The notes beneath the pieces were generated by a model. It worked only from the letters and a program-made list of their open reading frames with translations. It did not search any database and was not told the origin of the DNA. A stretch of DNA of 33,900 nt from Sandaracinaceae bacterium. GTDB lineage: Bacteria > Myxococcota_A > Polyangia > Polyangiales > Sandaracinaceae. The translations under genes were made by a program, and so were the position numbers. Positions 1 to 8,702 of the stretch are shown here, one piece after another. How positions within the stretch are numbered: position 1 is the first letter of the stretch; every line of letters starts with the position of its first letter. The stretch spans positions 1-33,900 of the forward strand of contig JBGAQA010000076.1 of assembly GCA_044220955.1 (NCBI GenBank), written 5' to 3'.

Positions 1-2
1 GC

Positions 3-671
3 CTCTTCGGCCCCGCGCTGCTCGTCCCGCTGCTCACCGTGCTCGTCGCCCTGGGCGGCGAGCGCATCCAGGTCGGTGGCCATCGCCTCTTCGACGGCAC
101 GTCGATGACGCTCGTCGGCGTGGCCTTCGCGAGCCTGATCGCCGGCGTCGCGGCGCTGCGGGTCACGCGAAGCCCGCCGCGCGCGGCCATCACCGAGGGC
201 GCGCGCCTGCTCGACGCCATCGGCTGGGCCGCTCTCTTGCCGATGCTGCTCGCGACGCTCGGCGGCGTGCTCACGGCCACCGGCGTCGGCGCCTCCATCG
301 CGCACCTCGCGAGCGCGGCGCTGCCCGTCGACGACCGGCTGCTCTGCGTCGTCGCGTTCGGCGTCGGGATGGCCGCCTTCACGATGATCCTCGGCAACGC
401 CTTCGCGGCGTTCCCGGTGATGGCGGCCGGCATCGGTCTGCCGCTGCTCGTCGTGCGCCACGGCGCCGATCCCGCCGTCGTGGGCGCCCTCGGCATGCTC
501 AGCGGCTACTGCGGCACGCTGCTCACGCCGATGGCCGCGAACTTCAACGTCGTGCCGGCGGCGCTGCTCGAGCTCGACGACGCCAACGGCGTCATCCGAG
601 CGCAGGTCCCGACCGCGCTCGTCCTGCTCGCGACGAACCTCGCGCTGATGTACGCGCTCGCGTTCCGGTAG
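3..671 (+). CDS. DUF979-family integral membrane protein (5'-truncated by window edge)
   Basis: Frame is open from base 3 (LFGPALLVPLLTV...). Multiple hydrophobic segments and family-typical motifs GNAFAAFPVM and GMLSGYCGTLLTPMAANFNVVPAALLEL. Confidence 0.8.
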   Translation, partial: LFGPALLVPLLTVLVALGGERIQVGGHRLFDGTSMTLVGVAFASLIAGVAALRVTRSPPRAAITEGARLLDAIGWAALLPMLLATLGGVLTATGVGASIAHLASAALPVDDRLLCVVAFGVGMAAFTMILGNAFAAFPVMAAGIGLPLLVVRHGADPAVVGALGMLSGYCGTLLTPMAANFNVVPAALLELDDANGVIRAQVPTALVLLATNLALMYALAFR

Positions 672-734
672 GCGGCTCGCTCGGACACGTGTTGCCGATG
701 TAGTCACGCGCGACCACGACGATCCCGCGCTCGG

Positions 735-771
735 TTGACGCGCCGGATCCGGCGCCTCGATACTCGCGCCC
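735..771 (+). promoter_or_regulatory. sigma70-like promoter with palindromic spacer, likely leaderless
   Basis: TTGACG (735-740), 18 nt, GATACT (759-764), 7 nt, ATG 772. Perfect 16-bp palindrome GCGCCGGATCCGGCGC at 740-755. Confidence 0.5.
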
Positions 772-1647
772 ATGAGGGCTCTGCTCTTGCTCGGCGCTCT
801 GCTGCTCGCCGCGTGCCAGTCGGCTGCGGCACCCGGCGCCAGCTGCGCGCGCAGCAGCGAGTGTCCGTCCGGGCTGGCGTGCGCCTACGGGCGCTGCCGC
901 AGCCAGTGCCTCACCACACGCGACTGCGCTGCCGGCACCGAGTGTCTCCGCGACGCCGCGGGCAACGGTGGCTGCGCGCTGCCCGTCGTCGACACCTGCG
1001 AGCGCGTCACCCTCCCGTGCGTCGAGGGGCTCGTCTGCGTGGGCGCCACGTGCCGTCAGTCGTGCGCGACGCTCGGCTGCGCGCCGGGCAGCACCTGCCG
1101 CGGAGGCCTCGAGCCGGTGTGCGTCGCCGACGACCTCGACGGCGGCACGCGCGCAGACGTCGGTCCGCGCGACGCCGCCGGGGGCGACGCCGCGCCCACG
1201 CCGCTCTGCGAGGGCGACGGCGGGACCTGCGCGCTCGGCACGTGCGCCGACCCGATCCCGGCCGAGTGGGGCCGGACCTACGTTGGCACGACCGTCGGCG
1301 GTCCCTCCGAGCTGAACAGCGCGGGCGAGGGCGCGTGCTTCGTCGGCAGCGAGCGTCCCGAGCGCGTGTACGCGCTGCCGGCGCAGCCGGGGGACGTGAC
1401 GATCACGCTCGACTCGCCGACCGACCTCGCGCTCTACGTGCGCGGGACGAGCATGCCGTGCGACGTCGCGCAGGAGCTCACGTGCGTCGATCTCGCCAGC
1501 GGCGACCAGTCGGAGATCGTCACGGGCCAGCTCTCCGCGAGCACGGGGACGGTGTACGTCGTCGTCGATGGATGCGAGAGCACGTGCACGCCGGCCGCGA
1601 CGGGGGCGGGCGACGCGTACAGCATTCACTTCGCCATCACGCCCTGA
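772..1647 (+). CDS. Cys-rich secreted lipoprotein with C-terminal beta-sandwich (PPC-like) domain
   Basis: Lipobox LLLAAC, Cys-rich N-terminal half, DGG/DAA linker, C-terminal PERVY...DLALYVR...VYVVVDG...YSIHF pattern typical of PPC-like domains. Confidence 0.7.
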   Translation: MRALLLLGALLLAACQSAAAPGASCARSSECPSGLACAYGRCRSQCLTTRDCAAGTECLRDAAGNGGCALPVVDTCERVTLPCVEGLVCVGATCRQSCATLGCAPGSTCRGGLEPVCVADDLDGGTRADVGPRDAAGGDAAPTPLCEGDGGTCALGTCADPIPAEWGRTYVGTTVGGPSELNSAGEGACFVGSERPERVYALPAQPGDVTITLDSPTDLALYVRGTSMPCDVAQELTCVDLASGDQSEIVTGQLSASTGTVYVVVDGCESTCTPAATGAGDAYSIHFAITP

Positions 1648-1672
1648 TCCACCGCAGGGCCCGGCGAAGCCG

Positions 1673-3223
1673 TCAGCGCCAGCGCACGAGGAGCGGGTCG
1701 GGGTGCGGGACGGTGTCGAAGCTGCCCTGCCCGAGCTGACCGACCTCGTTCTGGCCCAGGCAGTACACGTCACTGCCCTGGAGCATGCAGGTGAAGAAGA
1801 GGCCGACCGCGACCTCGCGCACGCCCGTCTGCGTGCCGAGGCGGACGGGCTCGCGCGTGTCGCCCGAGATGCCGGGGACGCCGTCGCCCCAGCACCAGAC
1901 CGAGCCCTGCGCGTCGAGCGCGCACTGCGTGCTCTCGATCGACGTGCCGAGGTGCGTGAAGCGCACGCCGGTGGCGCGCGCGACGGCCTGCGCAGGACAG
2001 GCGGAGCCGGCCGCGAGCGGAACGCAGCCGACGGGCGGCACGACGCCCGCCATCCGGCCCCAGCACCACACCGCGCCGCTGTCGCGATCGAGCGCGCACG
2101 CATGGTGACGACCTGCGCGTACTTCTTCCATCGTCGTCGGCAGGCCGGGCACCGCGATCGGCGTGCTCGAGCCCGCGAGCATCCCGGCCGGCGTCGTGTC
2201 CCCCAGCTCGCCGTACGAGTCGTCGCCCCAGCAGAGCACGCTCGTGCCCATGAGACCGCACGCGAAGTGCTCCCCTGCGGTCAGGCCGGTGAGACCCCGC
2301 ACGACGGAGACGGGCACGGCGAGCTCGTGCATCGCGGCGTCCGCACCGAGCTCGTGATGCTGGTTCGGGCCCCAGCCGTACTCGCGGCTCGGGTGGATCG
2401 AGATCACGGCGTCGCCGGAGACGAGCACGTCCGTCGCCGTCGCGGGCAGGGCGCCGCCGCTCTCGAGCTGCACGGCGCGCGCGGGCGCCCCGATCGGCAC
2501 GCTCGTCACGCCGAGCAGGTTCGTCCAGCCCGCGCCCCAGCAGACGACCTCACCGGTCGAGATCGCGCAGGCGTTGTCCCGACCGACGGACATGCGCTCT
2601 GCGACGAGCGGACCGCGCGTGGCGTCGCCGTGGATCGCCCCGAGGCGCGCAGGCAGCGCCGTGCAGCTCTCCGGACCGCAGGGATCGAGCGTCTCCTGCC
2701 CGTTGTACGGGCCGCCCCAGCACCAGACCTCGTCGTGCACGGTGCGCGCGCACGCGTAGGCCGCGCCGGCGAAGATCTCCTCGACGGGATCGCACGCGGG
2801 ACCGTGGCAGTCGGCGTCGAGCGGCACGTCCGCGTCGCTCGCACCGCCGTCGCCCTCGGGCGCACGCACGCAGCGGGCGCGGCCGTCGCTGCCGGGCGAG
2901 CAGAGCGCGTCGCTCGGACACTCGGCCACCGTCGTGCACGGGTTGGCGCACGCGCGATCGATGCAGGCGAGCTCGCTCGGGCAGGGCGCGCTCGGGCCGC
3001 ACCCCGGGTCGTCGTCGAGCGTGCAGGCGCCGCCCGCCGCGAGCACGACGCACGTGGAGCCGATCGGACAGTCGCGGTTCTGCACGCACTGCGGGCGACA
3101 TCGACCGAGCGAGCACGTGAGCGGCGCCGCGCAGTCGCTCGCGCGCGCACAGGCCGCGCCCGAGGTCGCGGGCGTCTGGCACCCGGCGAGCACGACGAGG
3201 CCGGCGAGGGCGGCGAGGCGCAT
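1673..3223 (-). CDS. Cys-rich lipoprotein with RCC1/BLIP-II-like repeat beta-propeller (516 aa)
   Basis: True start is ATG 3223 (MRLAALAGLVVLAGC, lipobox) inside the 1346-aa track ORF. Repeats such as AGAAYACA..VWCWG, AGEHFACG..VLCWGDDSYGELG, GQNEVGQLG. Confidence 0.85.
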   Translation of the reverse strand: MRLAALAGLVVLAGCQTPATSGAACARASDCAAPLTCSLGRCRPQCVQNRDCPIGSTCVVLAAGGACTLDDDPGCGPSAPCPSELACIDRACANPCTTVAECPSDALCSPGSDGRARCVRAPEGDGGASDADVPLDADCHGPACDPVEEIFAGAAYACARTVHDEVWCWGGPYNGQETLDPCGPESCTALPARLGAIHGDATRGPLVAERMSVGRDNACAISTGEVVCWGAGWTNLLGVTSVPIGAPARAVQLESGGALPATATDVLVSGDAVISIHPSREYGWGPNQHHELGADAAMHELAVPVSVVRGLTGLTAGEHFACGLMGTSVLCWGDDSYGELGDTTPAGMLAGSSTPIAVPGLPTTMEEVRAGRHHACALDRDSGAVWCWGRMAGVVPPVGCVPLAAGSACPAQAVARATGVRFTHLGTSIESTQCALDAQGSVWCWGDGVPGISGDTREPVRLGTQTGVREVAVGLFFTCMLQGSDVYCLGQNEVGQLGQGSFDTVPHPDPLLVRWR

Positions 3224-3312
3224 GCGGGGAGCGTACGTCAGGGGCAGCTCCTCGCCAGATCGCGTTTCCGCGTGCCCGTGATCCGGCGGTGGCCTGCTCC
3301 CGCGCGGCGTGC

Positions 3313-4593
3313 TCACCCGAGCTGCACGGCGAGCGCGCGGAGCGCGGGGGCGACGTCGGCGAGCTCCGGATCCTCGGCCAGAGCCAGGAAGGGCGCGCCT
3401 CGGATGCCGAGATAGCTCGTGTAGGAAGCGACGTACGGCGCACCGACCGCGCGGACGCTGCGTGCATACGCGCGTAGCGCCCGCGGATCGTCGGCCTTGC
3501 GCAGGAGCGCCGGTCCCGCGAGCGCGAGGCTCTTCCCCTTCAGCTCGGAGAGGTCGTACGCGAGGTCGAGCCAGCGTGGATCGCGCTTCGGAACGTCCAC
3601 GAGCCCGTGCTCTCGCACCCAGCTCGACGCGAGCAGCGAGTACGAGAGCACCAGGAAGATCGCCTGCACCCACGGGTCCTCGAGCGCCGGATCGCTGCGC
3701 ACGCCTTCGCACAGCGGAAGCAAGCGGTCGTAGGCCGTGGTCGGGTGGAGCTTGATGCAGGCCGCGACGCACCTCGTCTGGTAGCCGGAGGGACCGCTCC
3801 GCGGCTTGGTCGGATGGCGCAGCACGGTGCCGCAGCGATCGACGAGCGCCTGCAGCGCCGCCGGGTCGTCGTAGGCGAGGAGCACGTCGGCGGCCGTCCC
3901 GCACACGTCGGCGGCAGGGTGATCGAGCCAGCGCGCGAGCGCCGGGATCGCATCGGGGCGCTTCTGCGCACGGAGCGTGTGCAGCGCCTCCTCGACCCCG
4001 CGCCAGGTCGCTCCCTGGAGCTTCTCCTTCCACGGATCGCCGAGCAGGCGCGCGACCCTCGCCACGGGGTCTTCCGGCGATGTCGCCGCCTTGCGTGCGC
4101 CCTTGGACCTCTTCTTCGGCGCGGCGACGACGTCGCCTTCGAGCACGCGGTAGTCGTCGCTCGCGTACGCCGTCTTCGCTCGTTCCGCATCGAGCCGCCG
4201 GAGCACGGCGCGCTCCGCATCGAGCACGAGCTCGAACGCGAAGTCGCCCTCGGCCCCCGCCGTCGCGAGCAGGACGAAGCGCCCTCGCCCGCCGTGGGCC
4301 GCCGCGGTCGCGAGCACACGGGTGAGCGACCAGGCCTCGTCGCGGAACGCGTCCTGCCCGACGTCGAAGCGGACCTCGACGGCCGTGTCCGTCCTGCGCG
4401 CGCTCCGGTGGGCGCCTCGTGCCGTCCAGCCGGCGATCCACTCGCCTGCGGAGCTCTCCACGCCGTGCTCGTCGGGCAGCTCCGCCGGGGGCGGGGGCAG
4501 GACGTCCGCCGGGGGCACGGCGTCGCGCCAGTGCGCGAGCGCGTCCGCCGAGGGGAAGGTCATCCTGCCGAAGCCGCCCGCGTTCCAGCCCAC
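3313..4593 (-). CDS. hypothetical protein with C-terminal HEAT-like helical repeats
   Basis: 426-aa ORF with ordinary composition. Helical segments like DAIPALARWLDHPAADVCGTAADVLLAYDDPAALQAL resemble HEAT repeats. Start codon uncertain. Confidence 0.6.
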   Translation of the reverse strand: MGWNAGGFGRMTFPSADALAHWRDAVPPADVLPPPPAELPDEHGVESSAGEWIAGWTARGAHRSARRTDTAVEVRFDVGQDAFRDEAWSLTRVLATAAAHGGRGRFVLLATAGAEGDFAFELVLDAERAVLRRLDAERAKTAYASDDYRVLEGDVVAAPKKRSKGARKAATSPEDPVARVARLLGDPWKEKLQGATWRGVEEALHTLRAQKRPDAIPALARWLDHPAADVCGTAADVLLAYDDPAALQALVDRCGTVLRHPTKPRSGPSGYQTRCVAACIKLHPTTAYDRLLPLCEGVRSDPALEDPWVQAIFLVLSYSLLASSWVREHGLVDVPKRDPRWLDLAYDLSELKGKSLALAGPALLRKADDPRALRAYARSVRAVGAPYVASYTSYLGIRGAPFLALAEDPELADVAPALRALAVQLG

Positions 4594-4641
4594 GTCGTCG
4601 ATCCGAGCTCTCGCATACCACAGAGGGGGTGGACGCGAGGC

Positions 4642-6981
4642 TCAGCGCCGACGCCGTACGAGCAGCGCGAGCGCCGCGAGCACGCTGATGCCCAGCGCGC
4701 TGCCGCTCCGGCCGTGGCCGACGGAGCAGCCGCCGGTGAGCGCGGTGCTCGCGGCGTTGGTCTGCGCCCGGCCGCCCGCGAGGCGGATGGTCGCGGCGCG
4801 GGCGCCCTCGCCGAGGCCGGAGGCGTCGTTCCACATCGGGGTGATCCACACGTGGTCGAAGCCGTTGCCGGTCGAGAGGTAGCAGCGCAGGCCGTCGCTC
4901 GCGCGCGCGCAGAGGTCGGCGCGGGCGTCGCCGTCCACGTCGGCGAGGCGGATCGAGCGGTAGTACGCGGCGCTCGTCCAGCCGCGCGCGTCGTCGAGCA
5001 CGGGGCCGAGCACCTCGCGGTCGAAGCCGCGCTCGCCGAGGAGCCAGCAGTGCACGCCCGTGCTCTCTCTCGCGCACACGTCCATGCGGCGGTCGCCGTC
5101 GAGGTCGGCCATGCGCAGCGTCGTGTACACGCCGCGCTCGCTCCAGCCGTCCGCGTCGGTCATCGCGGGGCCCGCGAGCTGCTGCCCGAAGCCCGTGCCG
5201 GTCGAGAGCGCGCAGCGGAAGCCGTCGGGCGTGCGCGCGCAGAGGTCGGCGCGGTGGTCGGCGTCCACGTCGAGGAGGCGGATCGTGCTCCAGTAGGCGA
5301 GCGCGTCGAAGCCGGTCGCGTCGCTCCAGCGCGGGCCGAGCACGCGCGCGCCGAAGCGCTCGCCCTCGCTCAGCCAGCAGTCGACGCCGTCCGCGCCGCG
5401 CGCGCACACGTCCGTGCGTGCGTCGCCGTTCACGTCGCCGAAGCGCACCGTGCCCCAGTGGATCACGTCGCCGAAGCCGGCCGCGTCCGAGAGCGCCGCG
5501 AGCGTGACGAGGCGGTCGAAGCCGTGACCGGTCGAGAGCCGGCACGCGAGCCCTGCCGCGTCGCGCGTGCACACGTCGATCGCGCCGTCGCCGTTCACGT
5601 CGGCGAGCTCGAGCGTGGTCGTGCCCGCCGAGATCGCCGGGCCCTCGATCGACTCGCCGAAGCCGCCCTCGATCGAGCGCCAGCAGCGCAGCGTCCCGCC
5701 CTCGTCGGCGCACACGTCGGCGCGATCGTCACCGTCGACGTCGGCCATGCGGACGAGCGCGCCGTGCACGACGTCGTCGCCCGTCATCACCGGGCCCGCC
5801 ATCGCCTGCGAGAAGCCGTGCCCGTCGCTCGTGAGGCAGGTGAAGCCCTCCGTCGTGCGCGCGCACGCGTCCGCGCTGCCGTCGCCGTCGACGTCGGTCG
5901 AGAGCGTCGGGCCGTAGATGCCGGGGCCGAGCAGCGCTTCCTCGCGCTCGCACACCTGCTCCTCGTCGCTCGCGCCGTCGCAGTCGTTGTCGCGCGCGTC
6001 GCAGAGCTCGGCCACCGGATCGACCGAGCCGGCGCAGCTGCCCCAGTCGCCGGCGTGGCAGGTCTGCGTGCCGGCGACGCACTCGCCCACGTCCGTGCCG
6101 CAGCGGCGCTGGAGGTCCTCGTCGACGCCGCCCTGGCAGTCGTTGTCGATGCCGTCGCAGACCTCGGCCGCGCCCGGGTGCCGGCGCGCGTCGTGGTCGT
6201 CGCAGTCGACGCCCTCCGGCGATCCGTCGCCGTCCGCGTCCACCACCACGTGCGCGTTCGCGAGCGCCGTGAGGTCGGCGAGCGAGCCGTTGAACACGTT
6301 GCGGTCCACGCGCCCGCCGATGCCGGGCACCGAGCCGCTCGACGTGTACTGCCACATCAGCCAGTCGTGCCAGCGGTCGTTGATGTTCGGGCACGACGCG
6401 CTCGTGTACTGCGCGTGCCAGAGCGCATAGCCGTTGTTCGGGAAGTACGAGCTCGCGACGTAGGGATCCCAGTAGTAGCGGCCCGTGTAGATGATCGGGC
6501 GGCGGCCGGTGCCCGCCTCCACGCGGTCGGCCCACTGGCGGATCCGCGCCGTGTACGTCGCGGGCGAGACGCCGGGCGAGGGCGCCTCCACGTCGCAGGT
6601 CACCGGCAGATCGCCCGGGCCGAGGCGGCCGACGGCGGCGACCACGATGTCGGCCTGGGTGTTCACGTCCTGTTGCGGCTCGAAGAACTGGTACGCGCCG
6701 CGGATCAGGCCCACGCGGCGCGCGTCGTCCCAGTTCGACCGGAAGTACCGGTCCCGGTAGGTGCCGTCCCCGATCCGCACGATCGCGAAGCGGATGCCCG
6801 AGCCCGCGACCGCGTCCCAGTTGATCGAGCCCTGCCACGAGCTGACGTCGATGCCCTGCACGGTGGGCCCGTGCGCGCAGATCGTGACCTCGCCCTCGGC
6901 GGCCGCCGCCTCGTCGAGCGGCGCGCAGCCGGCCGAGGCGGCGGCGGCGAGCGCGAGCGTGACGAGGGCGAGGCGGCGCAT
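4642..6981 (-). CDS. GH25 lysozyme (muramidase) lipoprotein with Cys/Asp-rich repeats, FG-GAP/VCBS-like repeats and MYXO-CTERM-like tail
   Basis: SD AAGGAG upstream. Lipobox SAGC. GH25 motifs GIDVSSWQG, RGAYQFF, DVE, WQYTSSGSVPGIGGRVDRN. DCDD..HPGAAEVCDGIDNDC repeats. About 7 (L/M)ADVDGDxRAD(L/V)CAR repeats. C-terminal GGCSV..hydrophobic..RRRR. Confidence 0.88.
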   Translation of the reverse strand: MRRLALVTLALAAAASAGCAPLDEAAAAEGEVTICAHGPTVQGIDVSSWQGSINWDAVAGSGIRFAIVRIGDGTYRDRYFRSNWDDARRVGLIRGAYQFFEPQQDVNTQADIVVAAVGRLGPGDLPVTCDVEAPSPGVSPATYTARIRQWADRVEAGTGRRPIIYTGRYYWDPYVASSYFPNNGYALWHAQYTSASCPNINDRWHDWLMWQYTSSGSVPGIGGRVDRNVFNGSLADLTALANAHVVVDADGDGSPEGVDCDDHDARRHPGAAEVCDGIDNDCQGGVDEDLQRRCGTDVGECVAGTQTCHAGDWGSCAGSVDPVAELCDARDNDCDGASDEEQVCEREEALLGPGIYGPTLSTDVDGDGSADACARTTEGFTCLTSDGHGFSQAMAGPVMTGDDVVHGALVRMADVDGDDRADVCADEGGTLRCWRSIEGGFGESIEGPAISAGTTTLELADVNGDGAIDVCTRDAAGLACRLSTGHGFDRLVTLAALSDAAGFGDVIHWGTVRFGDVNGDARTDVCARGADGVDCWLSEGERFGARVLGPRWSDATGFDALAYWSTIRLLDVDADHRADLCARTPDGFRCALSTGTGFGQQLAGPAMTDADGWSERGVYTTLRMADLDGDRRMDVCARESTGVHCWLLGERGFDREVLGPVLDDARGWTSAAYYRSIRLADVDGDARADLCARASDGLRCYLSTGNGFDHVWITPMWNDASGLGEGARAATIRLAGGRAQTNAASTALTGGCSVGHGRSGSALGISVLAALALLVRRRR

Positions 6982-7022
6982 GAGCAGGCTCCTTCAGCGG
7001 TGAGGATCGACGCGGGAGGCGA

Positions 7023-8450
7023 TCACCTCAGCCAGTGGAAGAGGGGGAACGTGTTGGTCGCGGTGCCCGCCAGGCCCGTGGCCGCGTGGCGAGCGACGGT
7101 CGCGCTGCTGAGCGCGTGGTCGTACACGGCGACCTCGTCGATCGAGCCCTCGAACGTCTGAGCGGCGCTCATCGCGACGGCGGGGCGGTGCCCCACGTAG
7201 AGCTGCCCGTCGACGAGCAGCGGGCCCGTCATGCCCGTCGCACCGACGCGGTGGCCGTCGAGGTAGAGCGCGCCGTTCGCACCGTCGTAGGTCGCGACCA
7301 CGTGGTGCCACTCGTTCGCGGTGATCGCGCCTGCGTCGCTCATGATCGAGTGCGCGGCGCGGGTCGAGTCCACGAGGTTCGCGTAGATCTTGTCGCCCGC
7401 GTCGAACTGCCAGACGTGGGGGCCGTAGTGCATCCCGTCGTGCAGCTCGAGGATCGGGTGCTTGGCGCTCACGTCGTCGGGGTGGAACCAGCACTCGAGC
7501 GAGAGCTCGTCGGTGTCGGTCAGCGCCGTCATCGCCGCGACGCGCACGTAGCCGCCGTCCGCGAGGTGGATCGCGCCGTTCGTGTCGTGCTGCACCGCCC
7601 CGTGCGGGTCGCGTGTCGTGGCGCCGACGAGCTCGCCGTAGTGGCCGTTGCCGCTCAGGTCCGCCGCGCGCGCGCCGCTCGTCTCGCCGAGGCGCAGGTA
7701 CACGACCGGCTCCGAGGCCTGGATGACGTCCTCGTAGCTCGCGGCGAGCGGGCGCAGGTCGGCGGGCAGCACGCCGCAGGTGCCGTCGCAGTGGCGGCTG
7801 CTGCACTCGAGGTCGCCCCCGCAGGCCCAGCCGTCCGAGCGGAGCGGGCGGCAGCTGCCCCACACGCCGGGCTGCCAGTGCGCGGGCAGGTCGCAGAACT
7901 GGCTCGCGCCGCAGTCGAACGCGTGCGAGCACGAGGCGTCGGCGCGCCGCTCGCAGACGCCCTGCGTGCTCCCGTCGGCGCGCAGGTAGAGGCGGCACGC
8001 GTTGCCCGTCTCGCACGAGAGCGCCGAGGTGCGCAGCGCGCCCGCGCTCAGGTCGTGCGGCGTGCAGTCGGCGCCCTGCGCGCCGGTGCCCGAGAACATC
8101 GCGGTGAACGCGGCGTAGTCCACCGGGCTCTGCCAGCACGCCTGCCCCTGCGCGCGCAGCGCCGCGACGAAGCGGCCGGCCGCGAGCGGGTCGTAGCCGA
8201 GGCGCGGGTCGTCCACGAGCGGGCGCACGCGCGTGCGGCAGGCGCTCGTCTGCGTCGTCACGCAGTCGCGCGGGTGCGAGTCCGGGAAGCAGTGCTGGTC
8301 GGCGCTGCAGATCGTGGTCGCGATCTCGTCGCAGAGCGCCTCGGCGTCGACCGGCGTGCCGGGCGCGGCGCCGGCGCACGCGGCGAGCGAGAGCGCCAGC
8401 GCGGACAGGCCGAGCGCGGAGCGAACGAGTGGGTGGGAGATGCGGGTCAT
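7023..8450 (-). CDS. Cys-rich lipoprotein with LamG/concanavalin-like jelly-roll domain (475 aa)
   Basis: Start ATG 8450 with SD GAGGTG. Lipobox SLAAC. C-terminal PVVYLRLGE..ADLSGNG..WHHVVATYDG..LYLDG..FEGSIDEVAVYDHALS is a LamG-like signature. Confidence 0.85.
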   Translation of the reverse strand: MTRISHPLVRSALGLSALALSLAACAGAAPGTPVDAEALCDEIATTICSADQHCFPDSHPRDCVTTQTSACRTRVRPLVDDPRLGYDPLAAGRFVAALRAQGQACWQSPVDYAAFTAMFSGTGAQGADCTPHDLSAGALRTSALSCETGNACRLYLRADGSTQGVCERRADASCSHAFDCGASQFCDLPAHWQPGVWGSCRPLRSDGWACGGDLECSSRHCDGTCGVLPADLRPLAASYEDVIQASEPVVYLRLGETSGARAADLSGNGHYGELVGATTRDPHGAVQHDTNGAIHLADGGYVRVAAMTALTDTDELSLECWFHPDDVSAKHPILELHDGMHYGPHVWQFDAGDKIYANLVDSTRAAHSIMSDAGAITANEWHHVVATYDGANGALYLDGHRVGATGMTGPLLVDGQLYVGHRPAVAMSAAQTFEGSIDEVAVYDHALSSATVARHAATGLAGTATNTFPLFHWLR

Positions 8451-8610
8451 GGGGCTCACCTCGACCGCTCCGAAGGGCAACGCCAGTGCCACCCAGGGCA
8501 GAGGTGCGGAGCCGCCCGCTGAGGCGTCCAGATCGCGATCCGCGCCCCGAACGGGCCAGCCAGACCGTGCGCGGCCGCGCGCGGCGTTCAAGAACTGGTC
8601 ACCGCTCGAA

Positions 8611-8650
8611 AGCCCTCTCCCCGCTCGCGGTGAGGGGCTGGGTGAGGGGG
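8611..8650. repeat. REP-like palindromic element (intergenic copy)
   Basis: AGCCCTCTCCCCGC-TC-GCGGTGAGGGGCT-GGGTGAGGGG: imperfect hairpin plus GGGTGAGGG tail. A related copy lies at 28735-28772. Confidence 0.65.
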
Positions 8651-8702
8651 GCGCGAGCCAGGCCTTGCTCCCGCCCGCTCCTCAGATACTGTCGGCGCCG
8701 TC

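Noticed and set aside
1648..1672. Intrinsic terminator between convergent genes (CGGC-GAA-GCCG)
   Set aside because: The stem is only 4 bp with no U-tract, too weak to call.
1673..5713. 1346-aa minus-strand ORF as one giant protein
   Set aside because: The N-terminal ~830 codons are Arg-rich off-frame shadow overlapping two better genes. Only 1673-3223 has a signal peptide and recognisable domains.
4860..5900. Recurring DNA motifs as a non-coding repeat array
   Set aside because: Explained by degenerate FG-GAP-like protein repeats in the GH25 gene.
3607..7161. 1184-aa plus-strand ORF (likewise 14365-16842, 17194-19989, 28796-31927, 31914-33692)
   Set aside because: Antisense or off-frame shadows of well-supported genes. 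Stop codons are rare at this GC content and the translations have no recognisable motifs.
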